A DNA stretch of 64,000 nucleotides from Candidatus Acidiferrales bacterium. Lineage in GTDB: Bacteria; Acidobacteriota; Terriglobia; Acidiferrales; UBA7541. The notes under the pieces are model-generated. The model was not told the DNA's origin. It saw only the letters and a program-made list of their open reading frames with translations, and made no database searches. This document shows positions 27,497 to 37,573 of this stretch, piece by piece. A program made the position numbers and the translations under genes. The first letter of the stretch is position 1; the number at the start of each line of letters is the position of its first letter. The stretch spans positions 99,790-163,789 of the forward strand of contig JBAWEZ010000066.1 of the NCBI GenBank assembly GCA_049591475.1. The letters are read 5' to 3'.

Positions 27497-27831
27497 TTTT
27501 ATGGCCCTCCGTTTAATCTTCCATCGACTACCCAACTTGCAGCCCAGGAAGCGGGACGCAACCACCGAACGGGTCCCATTTTCTAAACCTTGTACAGAGG
27601 GGCCAGCAATTGCGCATAGCTGAAGGTGCTTGCTGAGGAGGCCTCGATAGCGAGGAAGCGCGTCTTGGAGACTTGCAGGACGATGCGAGCAAACGGCAGG
27701 AGTCGGCCGGCTCAACCATGTTGCCTCCTGTCCCGATAGCAAACACCAATTTCGAACAGTCTCATCTCTTAGCTCTTCATCATTGTAACGAAGATGTCAA
27801 CAGCGTCGCATTCTAGTCCGTAAATTCCAGT

Positions 27832-30800
27832 CTAGGGTTGTTCCGGGCGATAGTGAAAAAGATACGAACGAGGAGGAGCGCCCGAGACTTCGCGAGTGTT
27901 GTAATGCAAATAATATTCAACATGGCTGCGGTCGTAGGGATAGCCTGCGCCTTTCGGATACGGATAAGAAAGGAGGCTATGGATGGGCAACGGAGTAACC
28001 GTGGCCCCGAAAGCGGCATAAATATCCATGTCTTTGTCGAACCCATTCGCACAAAAGAAATAATCGCGCACCCATCCATGGGAAAGTTTGGGCAACAAGG
28101 AAGGGTCAAAACTCAACGCGACCTCGTCCCCCGAGCCAAAGATGGCGTATTTTTCATCAGCGTGGGTTAGAAGCGGGAGAACGTCGCCGTAGCGAGTATA
28201 GTTTCCTGACTGCTGCGCGTAGGGACCTGTTGCACTTATGTCGTCATAAACGTAGCTGAGATCGCCGCTCGTTTTGCCTTCGATGTAACGCGGATATCCC
28301 CGAAAATCGAGCTTAGCCTCCACGAGAGGGACGTTTATAACTCGATGCGGTACATCCAGAGGAGAATTATCAATGCGAATGCGGTCCCAATAGACTTTCA
28401 AGTTCGTAACGATGCGGATCCGACGCGTGCCTGCTGGCAGTTTTCCGGTGAGATCAACAACCATGCTGCGTTCCAGACCTGCGGGGAATCCCATGTCTTG
28501 AATCACACGGTGCCAACGGCCCGAGGAATCCTGAGCTTCCACAAAGGGCGGGATCGGCTTCATACCCGCTTGCCGAGCCGCATATAGGGAATCGGCACTG
28601 AAATAATCGGTGAAGCCGTCCATCAGCAGGCGCAGAGGACGATGCGGATTCCATTCCCCCAAATCTAGTTCGAGCCAGTGCATTTTCGCGAGGCCCGCGA
28701 AAGACAGGCCCTGAAAACCATCGACGAAGCGATGGTCGCGCACCAAAAGAACCGGGAGTTCATTCCGGCCATAATTGTCCCACGCACCGAGCGGAGGGTG
28801 CGCGCGACGGATGGCAATCACCTTGAATTGGGGGAAGGGCGGACGCATGGCAAAGTGCGAGTTCGAGTACACCTCCACACCTGCGGGATGATCCACCGCG
28901 ACGAGGCGGACTTGATCCAGATAGTCGAGTTCCTCCATCGGTTCGAGCAAACGAAAACTGAGCAGGCCCTTCCTCGGCTGAGCGTCCGAGCCTTGCACCT
29001 TCATATATTCTTCGGGATCGGGGATGTTGCGGCGCCTGGGTGCTATCCAGTGGCCGACGATACCCGCGCCGAGAATATCGTCGATGAACTTGAAATGATG
29101 TCCGTCCCAAGAGAACAGCAAGGGGCACGAACTGCCATGGCGGTCAAGTTCCTCGATGGCGGCATGCCCATCTACAGGGAAGTTAATTTCATCCTGAAGC
29201 ACTCCAGTCGGCCACAACATGCGGACAATATCCGCCTTTGTAGCCGAATCGAGTCCGACATCGAGGGATATGTCGCTCTGGCCCAGGTAACCGGAAGCCG
29301 CGCGAATTTCAAATTTCTGGCGCAGAGTACCAGCGAACACCTGGACTTTCGTGCCGATCGCGCTACGGTTGTCGACAAGACCGTGCAGCGTCAGTCGAAG
29401 CCAGTGATTGCGATTGGACTCCATGTTACGCAAAAGGACCGGCGGGCCGCCAGCTTGGGTGACGAGAAGATCGCTCGAACCATCACCGAAGAAATCGGCG
29501 GATACGAGCGAGCGCGGATGCGTGAGGCGAATTTGGTCGAGGCCAACATCCTGAGAGACATTGCGAAATCCTGCAGCACCTTCATTGCGCAGCAAAACGA
29601 TGTGGCCGCCGGATGAATTTGTCCCCACGGCGGCAATGTCAATCCAGCCATCGTGGTCATAGTCGAGCGTTACGAGCCCCCAGCCCCGACCCCAGCCAAG
29701 TTCAGGCAGCAATACGGCCGTGAACTTCTTACCGTCGACATTGCGCCAAAGGGAAATCCCAGGCGTGCGGGAATGCGTGAACGCCAAATCCATCCATCCG
29801 TCCTTGTTAAAATCGAAAGCGACGACGCCGACCGCCGGGGAAGTCATCGCGGGCTCCCAAGGCACTGCCGCCCGGAATGCGCCTTCGCGTGGATTGAAGT
29901 AAATGGCCGGCGGACGATGCATCGAGGCCACCACGAAATCCACAGCGCGATCATTGTTGATGTCGCTCGCCGTTGCGCCCCAGCTTCCGCCCGGATTCGC
30001 CAAACCCGTTTCGCGGGTCACATTGGTAAACGCCCCGTTACCGTTGTTGCGCCAAAGCTCGTTGGACGATGGGCCCGCTAATGAAGGGGACGAATTTGAA
30101 CCGCGTGAGACATACAGATCCAGGTCGCCGTCCTGGTCGTAGTCAACAAAGGTGAGGCCCAGTGGGACGCCCGTAACGTTGATACCGGATTCTGAAGTGA
30201 CATTCTTGAACGTTCCATCGCCCTCGTTTTGAAACAGTGCCACTCCTCCGCGATAGCTGACCGCCAACCCAGGGTGGCCGTCGTTGTCGAAGTCCCCGGC
30301 AGTGCAGCCAATCGCAGGCCCCGGGAGATCGATGCCGGACTGGGAGATAACGTTCGCGAATTGTCCATCGCCGAGATTGTGATAGAGCGCCGCATGGCCC
30401 GTGCCATCGTTACCGAGAAAGATATCCGGCTTGCCGTCGCCGTCGTAATCGAAGACGCAAGCCCCGGAACCGAAATCTTCTGCTGGGTCCCGCGACTTCG
30501 CCGGGCGAGTCGCCCATCGAGACGGCAGACCCGATTGGGCAGTCACATCGACGAAATGTACTTGGCTTTGAGCAGGAACCGGCTCGATGCCCGGGGACAT
30601 TTTCTCCGCAAGAGAATATTTTCCTTGGTCGCCGTAGGTGAGACTCATCGGCTTGCCGAGTTTCGTCTCGGTCAAGTGCTGGAAACGAATGAGTTGCCCT
30701 CGGGCTTGTTCGGGATGGCCCGAACGCTCATATGCCTGCGCCAACGCGAACTCCGAAGACGCGTGGAAGGGATCGAGGTGCAGGGCGCGTTCGAAAGCGG

Positions 30801-31299
30801 CAATCGCTTTCCCATACTGATTTAGGCTGAGGTAATCCTGGCCAAGAAAATACTGCGTGTCCGCATCCTGCGGATCCAGCGCGGTGACTCTCTCAAAATT
30901 CTGCACGGATATCTGGGTATGGCCAAGGGATCTTTCGATGAGTCCGAGGTTATACCAGGTGCGGGGATTCCTGGGCTCACGCACTGCCGCTTCTTCGAGA
31001 ATTGCGAGAGCCGGGGGAAACCTCTCCAAATTCAGCAGCGCGATGGCTTGATTGAGGCGTGCGGCGTAAAGGGCAGGATCGAGAGAATAGGCCTTCTCAA
31101 ACTCGGAGAGAGCGTTCCGCTCGTCTTGTCGATTCATGTACGCAATGCCGAGGTTGTTATGCGCAATCGCTTCCTGCTTTGCCTGTGCGTTTGAATTCGC
31201 AGGACGTTGCGAAACGAACCGATCGTTAAAAAATGGAACGGAACAGGCGAGCACCACAAGGGCGGTAAAGAAAGTCGCGCGATGTGGGATTCGCGTCAT
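27832..31299 (-). CDS. large TPR + FG-GAP/VCBS + UnbV/ASPIC (CRTAC1-family) protein with ~450-aa unassigned C-terminal extension
   Basis: 1155-aa ORF with an N-terminal signal/anchor (MTRIPHRATFFTALVVLACS). About 6 TPRs, then VCBS-like repeats (DYDGDGKPDIFLGN...ALYHNLGDGQFANV), then NHWLRLTLHGLVDNRSAIGTKVQV (UnbV/ASPIC). After that comes a long region starting ...GSSCPLLFSWDGHHFKFIDDILG that has no motif I recognise. Starts 9 nt after the preceding gene's stop. Confidence 0.85.
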   Translation of the reverse strand: MTRIPHRATFFTALVVLACSVPFFNDRFVSQRPANSNAQAKQEAIAHNNLGIAYMNRQDERNALSEFEKAYSLDPALYAARLNQAIALLNLERFPPALAILEEAAVREPRNPRTWYNLGLIERSLGHTQISVQNFERVTALDPQDADTQYFLGQDYLSLNQYGKAIAAFERALHLDPFHASSEFALAQAYERSGHPEQARGQLIRFQHLTETKLGKPMSLTYGDQGKYSLAEKMSPGIEPVPAQSQVHFVDVTAQSGLPSRWATRPAKSRDPAEDFGSGACVFDYDGDGKPDIFLGNDGTGHAALYHNLGDGQFANVISQSGIDLPGPAIGCTAGDFDNDGHPGLAVSYRGGVALFQNEGDGTFKNVTSESGINVTGVPLGLTFVDYDQDGDLDLYVSRGSNSSPSLAGPSSNELWRNNGNGAFTNVTRETGLANPGGSWGATASDINNDRAVDFVVASMHRPPAIYFNPREGAFRAAVPWEPAMTSPAVGVVAFDFNKDGWMDLAFTHSRTPGISLWRNVDGKKFTAVLLPELGWGRGWGLVTLDYDHDGWIDIAAVGTNSSGGHIVLLRNEGAAGFRNVSQDVGLDQIRLTHPRSLVSADFFGDGSSDLLVTQAGGPPVLLRNMESNRNHWLRLTLHGLVDNRSAIGTKVQVFAGTLRQKFEIRAASGYLGQSDISLDVGLDSATKADIVRMLWPTGVLQDEINFPVDGHAAIEELDRHGSSCPLLFSWDGHHFKFIDDILGAGIVGHWIAPRRRNIPDPEEYMKVQGSDAQPRKGLLSFRLLEPMEELDYLDQVRLVAVDHPAGVEVYSNSHFAMRPPFPQFKVIAIRRAHPPLGAWDNYGRNELPVLLVRDHRFVDGFQGLSFAGLAKMHWLELDLGEWNPHRPLRLLMDGFTDYFSADSLYAARQAGMKPIPPFVEAQDSSGRWHRVIQDMGFPAGLERSMVVDLTGKLPAGTRRIRIVTNLKVYWDRIRIDNSPLDVPHRVINVPLVEAKLDFRGYPRYIEGKTSGDLSYVYDDISATGPYAQQSGNYTRYGDVLPLLTHADEKYAIFGSGDEVALSFDPSLLPKLSHGWVRDYFFCANGFDKDMDIYAAFGATVTPLPIHSLLSYPYPKGAGYPYDRSHVEYYLHYNTREVSGAPPRSYLFHYRPEQP

Positions 31300-31308
31300 G
31301 AGCTTTCG

Positions 31309-33018
31309 TTAGTCCTTCTCGTAGGGTCTCGCGGAGATGATTCCCCGGCCTTCCTGGACTGTAATCATTTGTCCGGCGGAGACATTCTTCAAATGGTCCA
31401 CGCGGCCGCTGGGCCAATCAATTTCGATTGCCGTAGCCTCCGTATTGCGGGCAAGGCCGAACGTAAGAACCAGCTCGCTCGAAGAAAGATAGCTGGAGCC
31501 GCTCTTCAGCATTTTCCACTCCGTTGAGCCGCCCGAAGTGACCTTCACCACCGCGCCGATTCCGTCGCGATTCGATTTCGCGCCGACCAGCTTGATGCGC
31601 AAGCTGCGATTCGTGCCCCCCGTGTTGCGGAAAAGAACGGCAGGGCCGCTGTTAGTCGAGATCAAGATGTCCAGTTTGCCGTCATTGTATACATCCCCAT
31701 AGGCGGCGCCGCGAGCGACGCGCGGCGTGTTAAATGCGGTCCCCATTCGGGATGTCACGTCGGCGAATTTTCCCCCACCGAGATTGCGGAACAGCAGCGG
31801 CGGTTCCGCATAGTGAACTTGCGGCTGCACTTTTTGGATATCCTGCTGGATGTGACCGTTGGCAACGAAGATATCGGGCCAGCCGTCGTTATTGTAATCG
31901 AAGAAGAAGCAGCCGAAGCCTAGAGTGAGTAGGCTCGCGTGACCGACTTCCGACTCTGGCGCTTCGTCCACGAACAGACCGTTGCCTTCGTTGTGATAAA
32001 GCGAGAGCATCTGATTCGAAAAGTTCGAAATTAAGATACTTGGATAACCAGAACGGTCGTAATCGGCGGAGTCCGTACCCATGCCGGCGCGGGCTTCCCC
32101 ATTTTCACTAAAGCCGACGCCAGAAACGACCCCTGTATTTCTGAAGCTTCCATTGCGATTGTTGATGTAAAGCTTATTCGGTTCCGTATCATTGCTGACG
32201 AAAATGTCTGGCCAGCCGTCCCGGTTCGCATCGAGGATGGAGATCCCCAGGCTTTTCGCCGTAGGATCGTAGAGTCCCGCTTTTTTTGTCACATCGGTGA
32301 ACGTGCCGTTGCCGTTGTTGTGCCAGAGGCGTAATGACGCACCCTTATAGGCAACGGGGGTGCAATACGACTTCGTTTTGCCGTCGATAGTGCAGTAAAT
32401 ATCGGTCTGGGGCGACCATTCAACGTAATTTGCTACGACTAAATCCAAGTATCCGTCACGGTCGTAATCTACCCATGCCGCTCCCGTGCTGAAATCTTTT
32501 GGCCCCCAGAGACCGGCGTGCTTGGTCACATCCGTGAATGTGCCATTGCAATTGTTGCGAAAGAGATGATTCTGGCCGAGGGCCGTGACGAAAATATCGT
32601 CGCAGCCGTCGTTGTTGTAATCTCCGATGGCTACACCCATGCCGTACATTTCCACATCCAGGCCAGCCTGCTTGGTCACATCGGTGAACGTGCCGTTGTG
32701 ATTGTTGCGGTAGAGAGCCATGTAGGTGTGGTGGCGAACGTGGCCCGGCCAGTCTTGCCCGTTGATCAAGAGAATGTCTTGCCAGCCGTCCCGGTTGTAA
32801 TCGAGAAATGCCACCCCAGAGCCTATGGCCTCGGGCAACCATTCCTTTCCAAACGCGCCATTATTGTGAATGAAATGAATGCCAGCGGCCCGCGTGACGT
32901 CCTGAAACGTGATTAGTTCCGAGGCCGGTCCCTTCTGCGCGTCTAAGGTGGCGGAAAAGAGAATCAGGAAGCAAGCCGAAAGCACCAGCGGAAATTTACG
33001 TCGAGAAGGATAGTTCAT
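31309..33018 (-). CDS. CRTAC1-family protein (FG-GAP/VCBS repeats + UnbV/ASPIC domain), secreted or lipoprotein
   Basis: From ATG 33018: MNYPSRRKFPLVLSACFLILFSATLDAQ. Repeats ...DYNRDGWQDILLING...LYRNNHNGTFTDVT...; C-terminal NRSLRIKLVGAKSNRDGIGAVVKV...SGSSYLSSSE. Its ATG overlaps the TAA of the upstream cytochrome gene (TAATG, 33016-33020). Confidence 0.85.
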   Translation of the reverse strand: MNYPSRRKFPLVLSACFLILFSATLDAQKGPASELITFQDVTRAAGIHFIHNNGAFGKEWLPEAIGSGVAFLDYNRDGWQDILLINGQDWPGHVRHHTYMALYRNNHNGTFTDVTKQAGLDVEMYGMGVAIGDYNNDGCDDIFVTALGQNHLFRNNCNGTFTDVTKHAGLWGPKDFSTGAAWVDYDRDGYLDLVVANYVEWSPQTDIYCTIDGKTKSYCTPVAYKGASLRLWHNNGNGTFTDVTKKAGLYDPTAKSLGISILDANRDGWPDIFVSNDTEPNKLYINNRNGSFRNTGVVSGVGFSENGEARAGMGTDSADYDRSGYPSILISNFSNQMLSLYHNEGNGLFVDEAPESEVGHASLLTLGFGCFFFDYNNDGWPDIFVANGHIQQDIQKVQPQVHYAEPPLLFRNLGGGKFADVTSRMGTAFNTPRVARGAAYGDVYNDGKLDILISTNSGPAVLFRNTGGTNRSLRIKLVGAKSNRDGIGAVVKVTSGGSTEWKMLKSGSSYLSSSELVLTFGLARNTEATAIEIDWPSGRVDHLKNVSAGQMITVQEGRGIISARPYEKD

Positions 33019-35882
33019 TAACGAAAGCCTTTCGACTCTGCTGGGTCGCCGGCACGATAGGCAGTAGGCGTCGGCGCGCCGGATGCGATTTCGTGGATGG
33101 GCTGGCGCTCGTTGTTCTCGTCCGGATGGGAGCGGAGATAAGGGCCCGTCAGCGAACCTTCCGCTTCGTTTGCCTTGAAGCGCAAATAGCGAATTTCGAA
33201 CCGGCGAGCCTGATCGGGTTTCCCCATTCCGGTATAACAAAGCATGAGGTTGTAGTTGGCCTCCACATCCTCCGGATCGATCGCGATTACTTTTTTGAAT
33301 TCACCGATGGCTTCGGCATACCGACGCTTGAGAAAGTAGGCGCGGCCGAGACTATTCCGCACCACGCGGTCCGTGGGATATTGCTTGAGGGCAGTCTTAT
33401 ACTGGGCGATGGCCGGGTTATAATGGCCCTGATCGCGCAGCACTTGGCCGTAAAAAAAGTGAGCACTGGCCAGCGAAGGTGCAACCTTCAGCGCGCGCAG
33501 AAGAACTTTTTCCGCCGCTGGCAGGTTCCCTTCTTGGAGCCTTGCGCGCGCCATGTTCACCCAGCCGTCCGGCCGACTCGGCGCGGCCTGCGCGACTTTG
33601 GCAAACGCGGCGTCCGCACCCTGCAAATCCCCCTGAAGCAGCAAGCCAATTCCGTAGTCATTCCAGCGTCCCCAGTCCGCAGGTAGTACGTCAAGGTGAG
33701 GCTTCGGCTCCGGCGCGCTGGCGGGCAAAACTTCTAACTGTGCTTTGTCGTCCGCCATGACAACAATGGGAAGGTTCGGAATGCCGGGCCGTTTGCCAGA
33801 ATCATCCTTTGTGCTGCCCGTGAAAACCCAGTTGGTGTCGTCGTAGCTGGGCGAAACGGCAGGATTGTGCTGGCTGGGATCATGCGCCCCGGCGAAAGCG
33901 AACTGGGTGAACCACCAGTCAAATTTGCGATAGTTCAGCTTTGCCGTGAGCGTGATGCGATTGCCGGCATCCTTCGGGATAGACAGGCGGTAGTGAACCG
34001 TATCGGCGGCGCCAGGAGGGATCAGCTTGACATAAATGACGGCGCGCTCGGCCCAGGCATTGCGCTTGTTAATCGGGTTCCCGTGGGCATCCACGAGTAA
34101 CGCGCGATAGAACTGCGCGCTGGGGTCCACGGGACCGTCGTTGCTCCTGCCTTTTGGGCCTTCCGGTCTCCCACTCCAAAAAATCACGTGACCTTTGCTA
34201 TCGGTGGCCTTGAGCTCGAGCCACAAGTCGAAGGCATCGACCGTTCCGCCCGGGAAGAAGTGGCCTACCCCGCGCGTCCGGACAACGACATCGACCCGGA
34301 TCGTGTCACCGCGCCGAACCTGCACGGGGAACCGCCCAAATGGGGCCGTCAGTTCCGTCGCCGGGGTCGCAAATTGCTGAACGCCTCGCGGAGCCACGAA
34401 CTCCGATTCTTCACCGACGGCGAATGCTGTCTGGATCTGCGGCTCTGTGCCCGGCCGCGGACCAGGCGGGGTCACTGCTTTCACGCTGGAAGTTGGGTGT
34501 TCGGGAGAAATCCCGAAAATGTCTACGCTAACCTTATCCGTCTTTAGGAAATTCTCGACGGTCTCGAGTTGCTTGGTATCCTCGTTTTCGTACGGCAATG
34601 CGGTATTCGCTGCGGGAAAACGGTGCGAATGAACGAAGCCGTGATCATTGCCGAAATCATGTGAATGCACTTTCGGCATGTGGCAATCCGTGCAAACTTC
34701 TGGATGTTCGGGATAGTAAAAGGAGCGGGCGCCCAAGCCAGAGACTCCGCTCGCCTGCCAGTTGTCATAATCGTCGAAACCACGCACCCAGCGATAATGA
34801 TTGACCGGCAAATCGAGATGTACCTTGTGGCAGACCGAACAGAATTGGGCGGTCTGATTTTTTACGAAAGGTTTCATGAAAACGCGGCGGTGCGGTTCCG
34901 GGTTGAGCTTAATAAGATAATCGACAAGGCCGCGCATGACTGGGTTCTTGCTTGTCGCCAGATCGTTCAAATGAGGATATTCGAGCACGTAATCATTCTG
35001 GCCCATGGTGGACTGCACCCGCACGATCGAATGGCACATAATGCAGCCGAGGCCGGCCTGGCCTTCCGGCGTGTTCTCGATTTCGCGGACCGGCCGGTCA
35101 AACATTCCGGTCAAAAGCAGCGCAGGGTCGTGGCAACCCGCACACCATTTCGACGGGCGAATGCCGACTGTGTCCTGCATGTATTCAATACTCTTCCGAT
35201 ACCACTGATTATTGAACGTTGAAAAGTGGTGCGCGGAACTCTCCCATTGGCGATAAATGTCAGCATGGCAAGGCTGGCAAGTTTTCGAGTCCAGAAAATA
35301 CTGTTTGGGGATTTTCGCGTTGTTAGCGACTTCCGCGGAGGCCGGAAAAAATGGGCTCGAAGCTCCGCCGCCCTCGTCATTCATGCTCGCAGGGGCGATT
35401 TTGGGATTCAGTATTTTGTAGTCGTCCTGCCAGGGAATGGTTCGCAGCCACCATGCGCCGTAACTGAGACCCGCAAACAGAAGAACGACGACGCCCCAGC
35501 GCAGCGCGCCACCAAAGGATACGGATCTTAGCCAACCTTTGCGCGCTGCCCAACTACCCAGAAGCAGCACAATTCCAACGACGCACAGGGCAATGTGCGC
35601 ATAGAGCAGCGGAAAATCATTGCGTTGTGCGCCGACGAACCCCAAGACAACACCAAGAAATCCGCCTAAAACAAGCGAACTCCATCCGGCAAGGTCAGCG
35701 CGGCCATGCGTGTCCCATTGTCTTTTGACAAGAAGAAAAAGCAATAGGCCAAGAAAAACGAGGCCGGCGGCCAAATGCAGCGCAACCAGAACGTAGTAGT
35801 AGACGGCCGCAGTGGGCCAGGAATAGACGATGGCCGCCGTGAAGAACAGCAAGTGCAGAAGACCGATTTTGAGTCGAGTCAT
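33018..35882 (-). CDS. membrane-anchored pentahaem c-type cytochrome fused to C-terminal TPR repeats
   Basis: 954-aa ORF. About five N-terminal hydrophobic helices. Five CXXCH motifs (CQPCH, CAGCH, CIMCH, CSVCH, CTDCH) in a cytochrome c554/NrfA-like spacing. An unassigned middle region, then C-terminal TPRs (AKVAQAAPSRPDGWVNMARARLQEGNLPAAEKVLLRALKVAPS...). Confidence 0.85.
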   Translation of the reverse strand: MTRLKIGLLHLLFFTAAIVYSWPTAAVYYYVLVALHLAAGLVFLGLLLFLLVKRQWDTHGRADLAGWSSLVLGGFLGVVLGFVGAQRNDFPLLYAHIALCVVGIVLLLGSWAARKGWLRSVSFGGALRWGVVVLLFAGLSYGAWWLRTIPWQDDYKILNPKIAPASMNDEGGGASSPFFPASAEVANNAKIPKQYFLDSKTCQPCHADIYRQWESSAHHFSTFNNQWYRKSIEYMQDTVGIRPSKWCAGCHDPALLLTGMFDRPVREIENTPEGQAGLGCIMCHSIVRVQSTMGQNDYVLEYPHLNDLATSKNPVMRGLVDYLIKLNPEPHRRVFMKPFVKNQTAQFCSVCHKVHLDLPVNHYRWVRGFDDYDNWQASGVSGLGARSFYYPEHPEVCTDCHMPKVHSHDFGNDHGFVHSHRFPAANTALPYENEDTKQLETVENFLKTDKVSVDIFGISPEHPTSSVKAVTPPGPRPGTEPQIQTAFAVGEESEFVAPRGVQQFATPATELTAPFGRFPVQVRRGDTIRVDVVVRTRGVGHFFPGGTVDAFDLWLELKATDSKGHVIFWSGRPEGPKGRSNDGPVDPSAQFYRALLVDAHGNPINKRNAWAERAVIYVKLIPPGAADTVHYRLSIPKDAGNRITLTAKLNYRKFDWWFTQFAFAGAHDPSQHNPAVSPSYDDTNWVFTGSTKDDSGKRPGIPNLPIVVMADDKAQLEVLPASAPEPKPHLDVLPADWGRWNDYGIGLLLQGDLQGADAAFAKVAQAAPSRPDGWVNMARARLQEGNLPAAEKVLLRALKVAPSLASAHFFYGQVLRDQGHYNPAIAQYKTALKQYPTDRVVRNSLGRAYFLKRRYAEAIGEFKKVIAIDPEDVEANYNLMLCYTGMGKPDQARRFEIRYLRFKANEAEGSLTGPYLRSHPDENNERQPIHEIASGAPTPTAYRAGDPAESKGFR

Positions 35883-35954
35883 TCGACGCCCGAGGTGCAG
35901 AAATAGCTAAAGAACCGCGCCTGAAAACCCTGAACTCCCCCGCTTTTGCACGGG

Positions 35955-35983
35955 ATTCTCCTGCCGGGAATTTCAGAAGTCAA
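35955..35983 (-). promoter_or_regulatory. sigma70-like promoter candidate for the cytochrome/CRTAC1 operon
   Basis: The minus strand reads TTGACT (35983-35978), a 17-nt spacer, then GAGAAT (35960-35955), about 70 nt upstream of ATG 35882. Pattern match only. Confidence 0.3.
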
Positions 35984-36070
35984 TGCATTTATCGGTAGAA
36001 AAGTAACGCGGACTTAGGCTTTCCGGTGGAATGATACACTCTTTGAGCTTCAAACCCGCGGAGGAACCGC

Positions 36071-37510
36071 ATGCAAGACCGGGCCAAACCTCAAAAAAAA
36101 AACCTGACATCCCTGACCCTCAGCGAAATGGTGGCGGGAATCCGTCAGAAAACGGTTTCGCCCCTGGATTTAGTCGAGGCGCATCTCGATCAAATAACGC
36201 GCCTCAATCCACAGCTGAATGCCTTCGTGTATGTGGACGAGGAGGCGGCGCGGCGTCAAGCGAGAGCCGCGGAATCCGCCATCTTGCGGGGAGAAGCGCT
36301 TGGACCACTCTACGGAGTTCCGCTCTCGATCAAGAGCTCGATCGATGTGGCCGGTTGGCCGATATGGTGTGGATCCAAACTGCGCAAGCATTGTGTGGCG
36401 GTCGAGGACGCGCCGCTCGTTTCACGTTTGCGCCGTGCAGGGGCAATTTTACTGGGCAATACGAACGCTCCGGAATTTTTGATGGCCTACGAGACCGATA
36501 ACGTGGTCACGGGCAGGACAAACAATCCCTGGAATTTGAGCCGCACACCCGGCGGGTCGAGCGGGGGAGAAGCTGCGGCGATTGCGGCGCACTGTTCAGC
36601 CGGCGGGGTGGGCAGCGACGGAGGAGGATCGATTCGCGTCCCGGCGCATTACAGCGGAATCTGTGGGCTCAAGCCGACGCCTGGACGAATTCCGGCCACG
36701 GGTCATTTCCCAGCCTCAGCGGGCCCCTTCGCGCTCCTCGGAGTAGTTGGCCCGTTGGCGCGGACCGTGGGGGATCTAAGCGTGCTGTTTGAAATAATGA
36801 TGGGTCCAGACTGCGGCGATTCGTTCTCCGCCCCGATCCCTATGCGTCAGCCCGCGCAAACTGAAATTCTGAAATTGCGGATCGGATTTTTCGAGGAAGA
36901 CGGTCGCACACCCGTGACCGCCGAGACCCGAGCGGCAGTCCGAAAGGCGATTTCGGCGTTAGTAAACGCGGGAATGACGGTCGAGCCATTTCTACCCGAA
37001 GGATTGGAAGAAGCGCGCAGAATTTGGTGGAATTTTTTCGGCCGGGCGGGTGAGTTTGTCCTGGGTCCTATGGTCGCGGGCCAAGAGGCGGACCTGAGCC
37101 CGCTATTCGCTGAATTCCTAGGGAATGTGCGGAAAGAGCCGAAGCTTACGCTAAATGAACTCATGAATACCATGCTCGAACGCGATGCCTTGCGTCCGAA
37201 GTTTCTTCGCCAGATGGAGAAATATCCGGTGTTGATTTGTCCGGTTTGCTCCGTGCCTGCCTTCCGTCATGGCGAGCGCGTGTGGGATGTGGGCGAGCGT
37301 AAAGTCGATTACTTTCAAGCTATGAGCTATTGTCAGTGGTTCAACGCGCTGGGGAATCCGGCGGCTGTCGTGCCCGTGGGGCGTTCGCCAGAAGGGTTGC
37401 CGATCGGCGTGCAGGTAGTTGGCCGGCCCTACGAAGAAGAAATTGTCTTGGCGGTAGCACGAATCATAGAAGAGACCTCCGGAAATTCGTGCGATCCACC
37501 GCTGTTGTAA
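36071..37510 (+). CDS. amidase (amidase-signature family)
   Basis: 479-aa ORF with a GGAGGAA RBS. AS-family core GVPLSIKSSIDVAG...GGSSGGEAAAIAA...GSDGGGSIRVPA (Ser-cisSer-Lys context). Confidence 0.88.
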   Translation: MQDRAKPQKKNLTSLTLSEMVAGIRQKTVSPLDLVEAHLDQITRLNPQLNAFVYVDEEAARRQARAAESAILRGEALGPLYGVPLSIKSSIDVAGWPIWCGSKLRKHCVAVEDAPLVSRLRRAGAILLGNTNAPEFLMAYETDNVVTGRTNNPWNLSRTPGGSSGGEAAAIAAHCSAGGVGSDGGGSIRVPAHYSGICGLKPTPGRIPATGHFPASAGPFALLGVVGPLARTVGDLSVLFEIMMGPDCGDSFSAPIPMRQPAQTEILKLRIGFFEEDGRTPVTAETRAAVRKAISALVNAGMTVEPFLPEGLEEARRIWWNFFGRAGEFVLGPMVAGQEADLSPLFAEFLGNVRKEPKLTLNELMNTMLERDALRPKFLRQMEKYPVLICPVCSVPAFRHGERVWDVGERKVDYFQAMSYCQWFNALGNPAAVVPVGRSPEGLPIGVQVVGRPYEEEIVLAVARIIEETSGNSCDPPLL

Positions 37511-37573
37511 CCGGGCTTTCCTGGAGCAAGCGGCGGCGTTCGCCGGCTATACCGCAGGTGAGAGGTACGCGCT

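Noticed and set aside
27497-27742. 82-codon extension of galM. Similar 5' extensions occur at 33019-33240 (CRTAC1), 48979-49224 (DUF4242), 49578-49760 (dienelactone hydrolase), 9270-9392 (abfA) and 18063-18215 (LacI)
   Set aside because: In each case an internal ATG with a good RBS and/or a proper signal peptide or domain boundary fits far better. The extensions have no similarity to the family and skewed composition.
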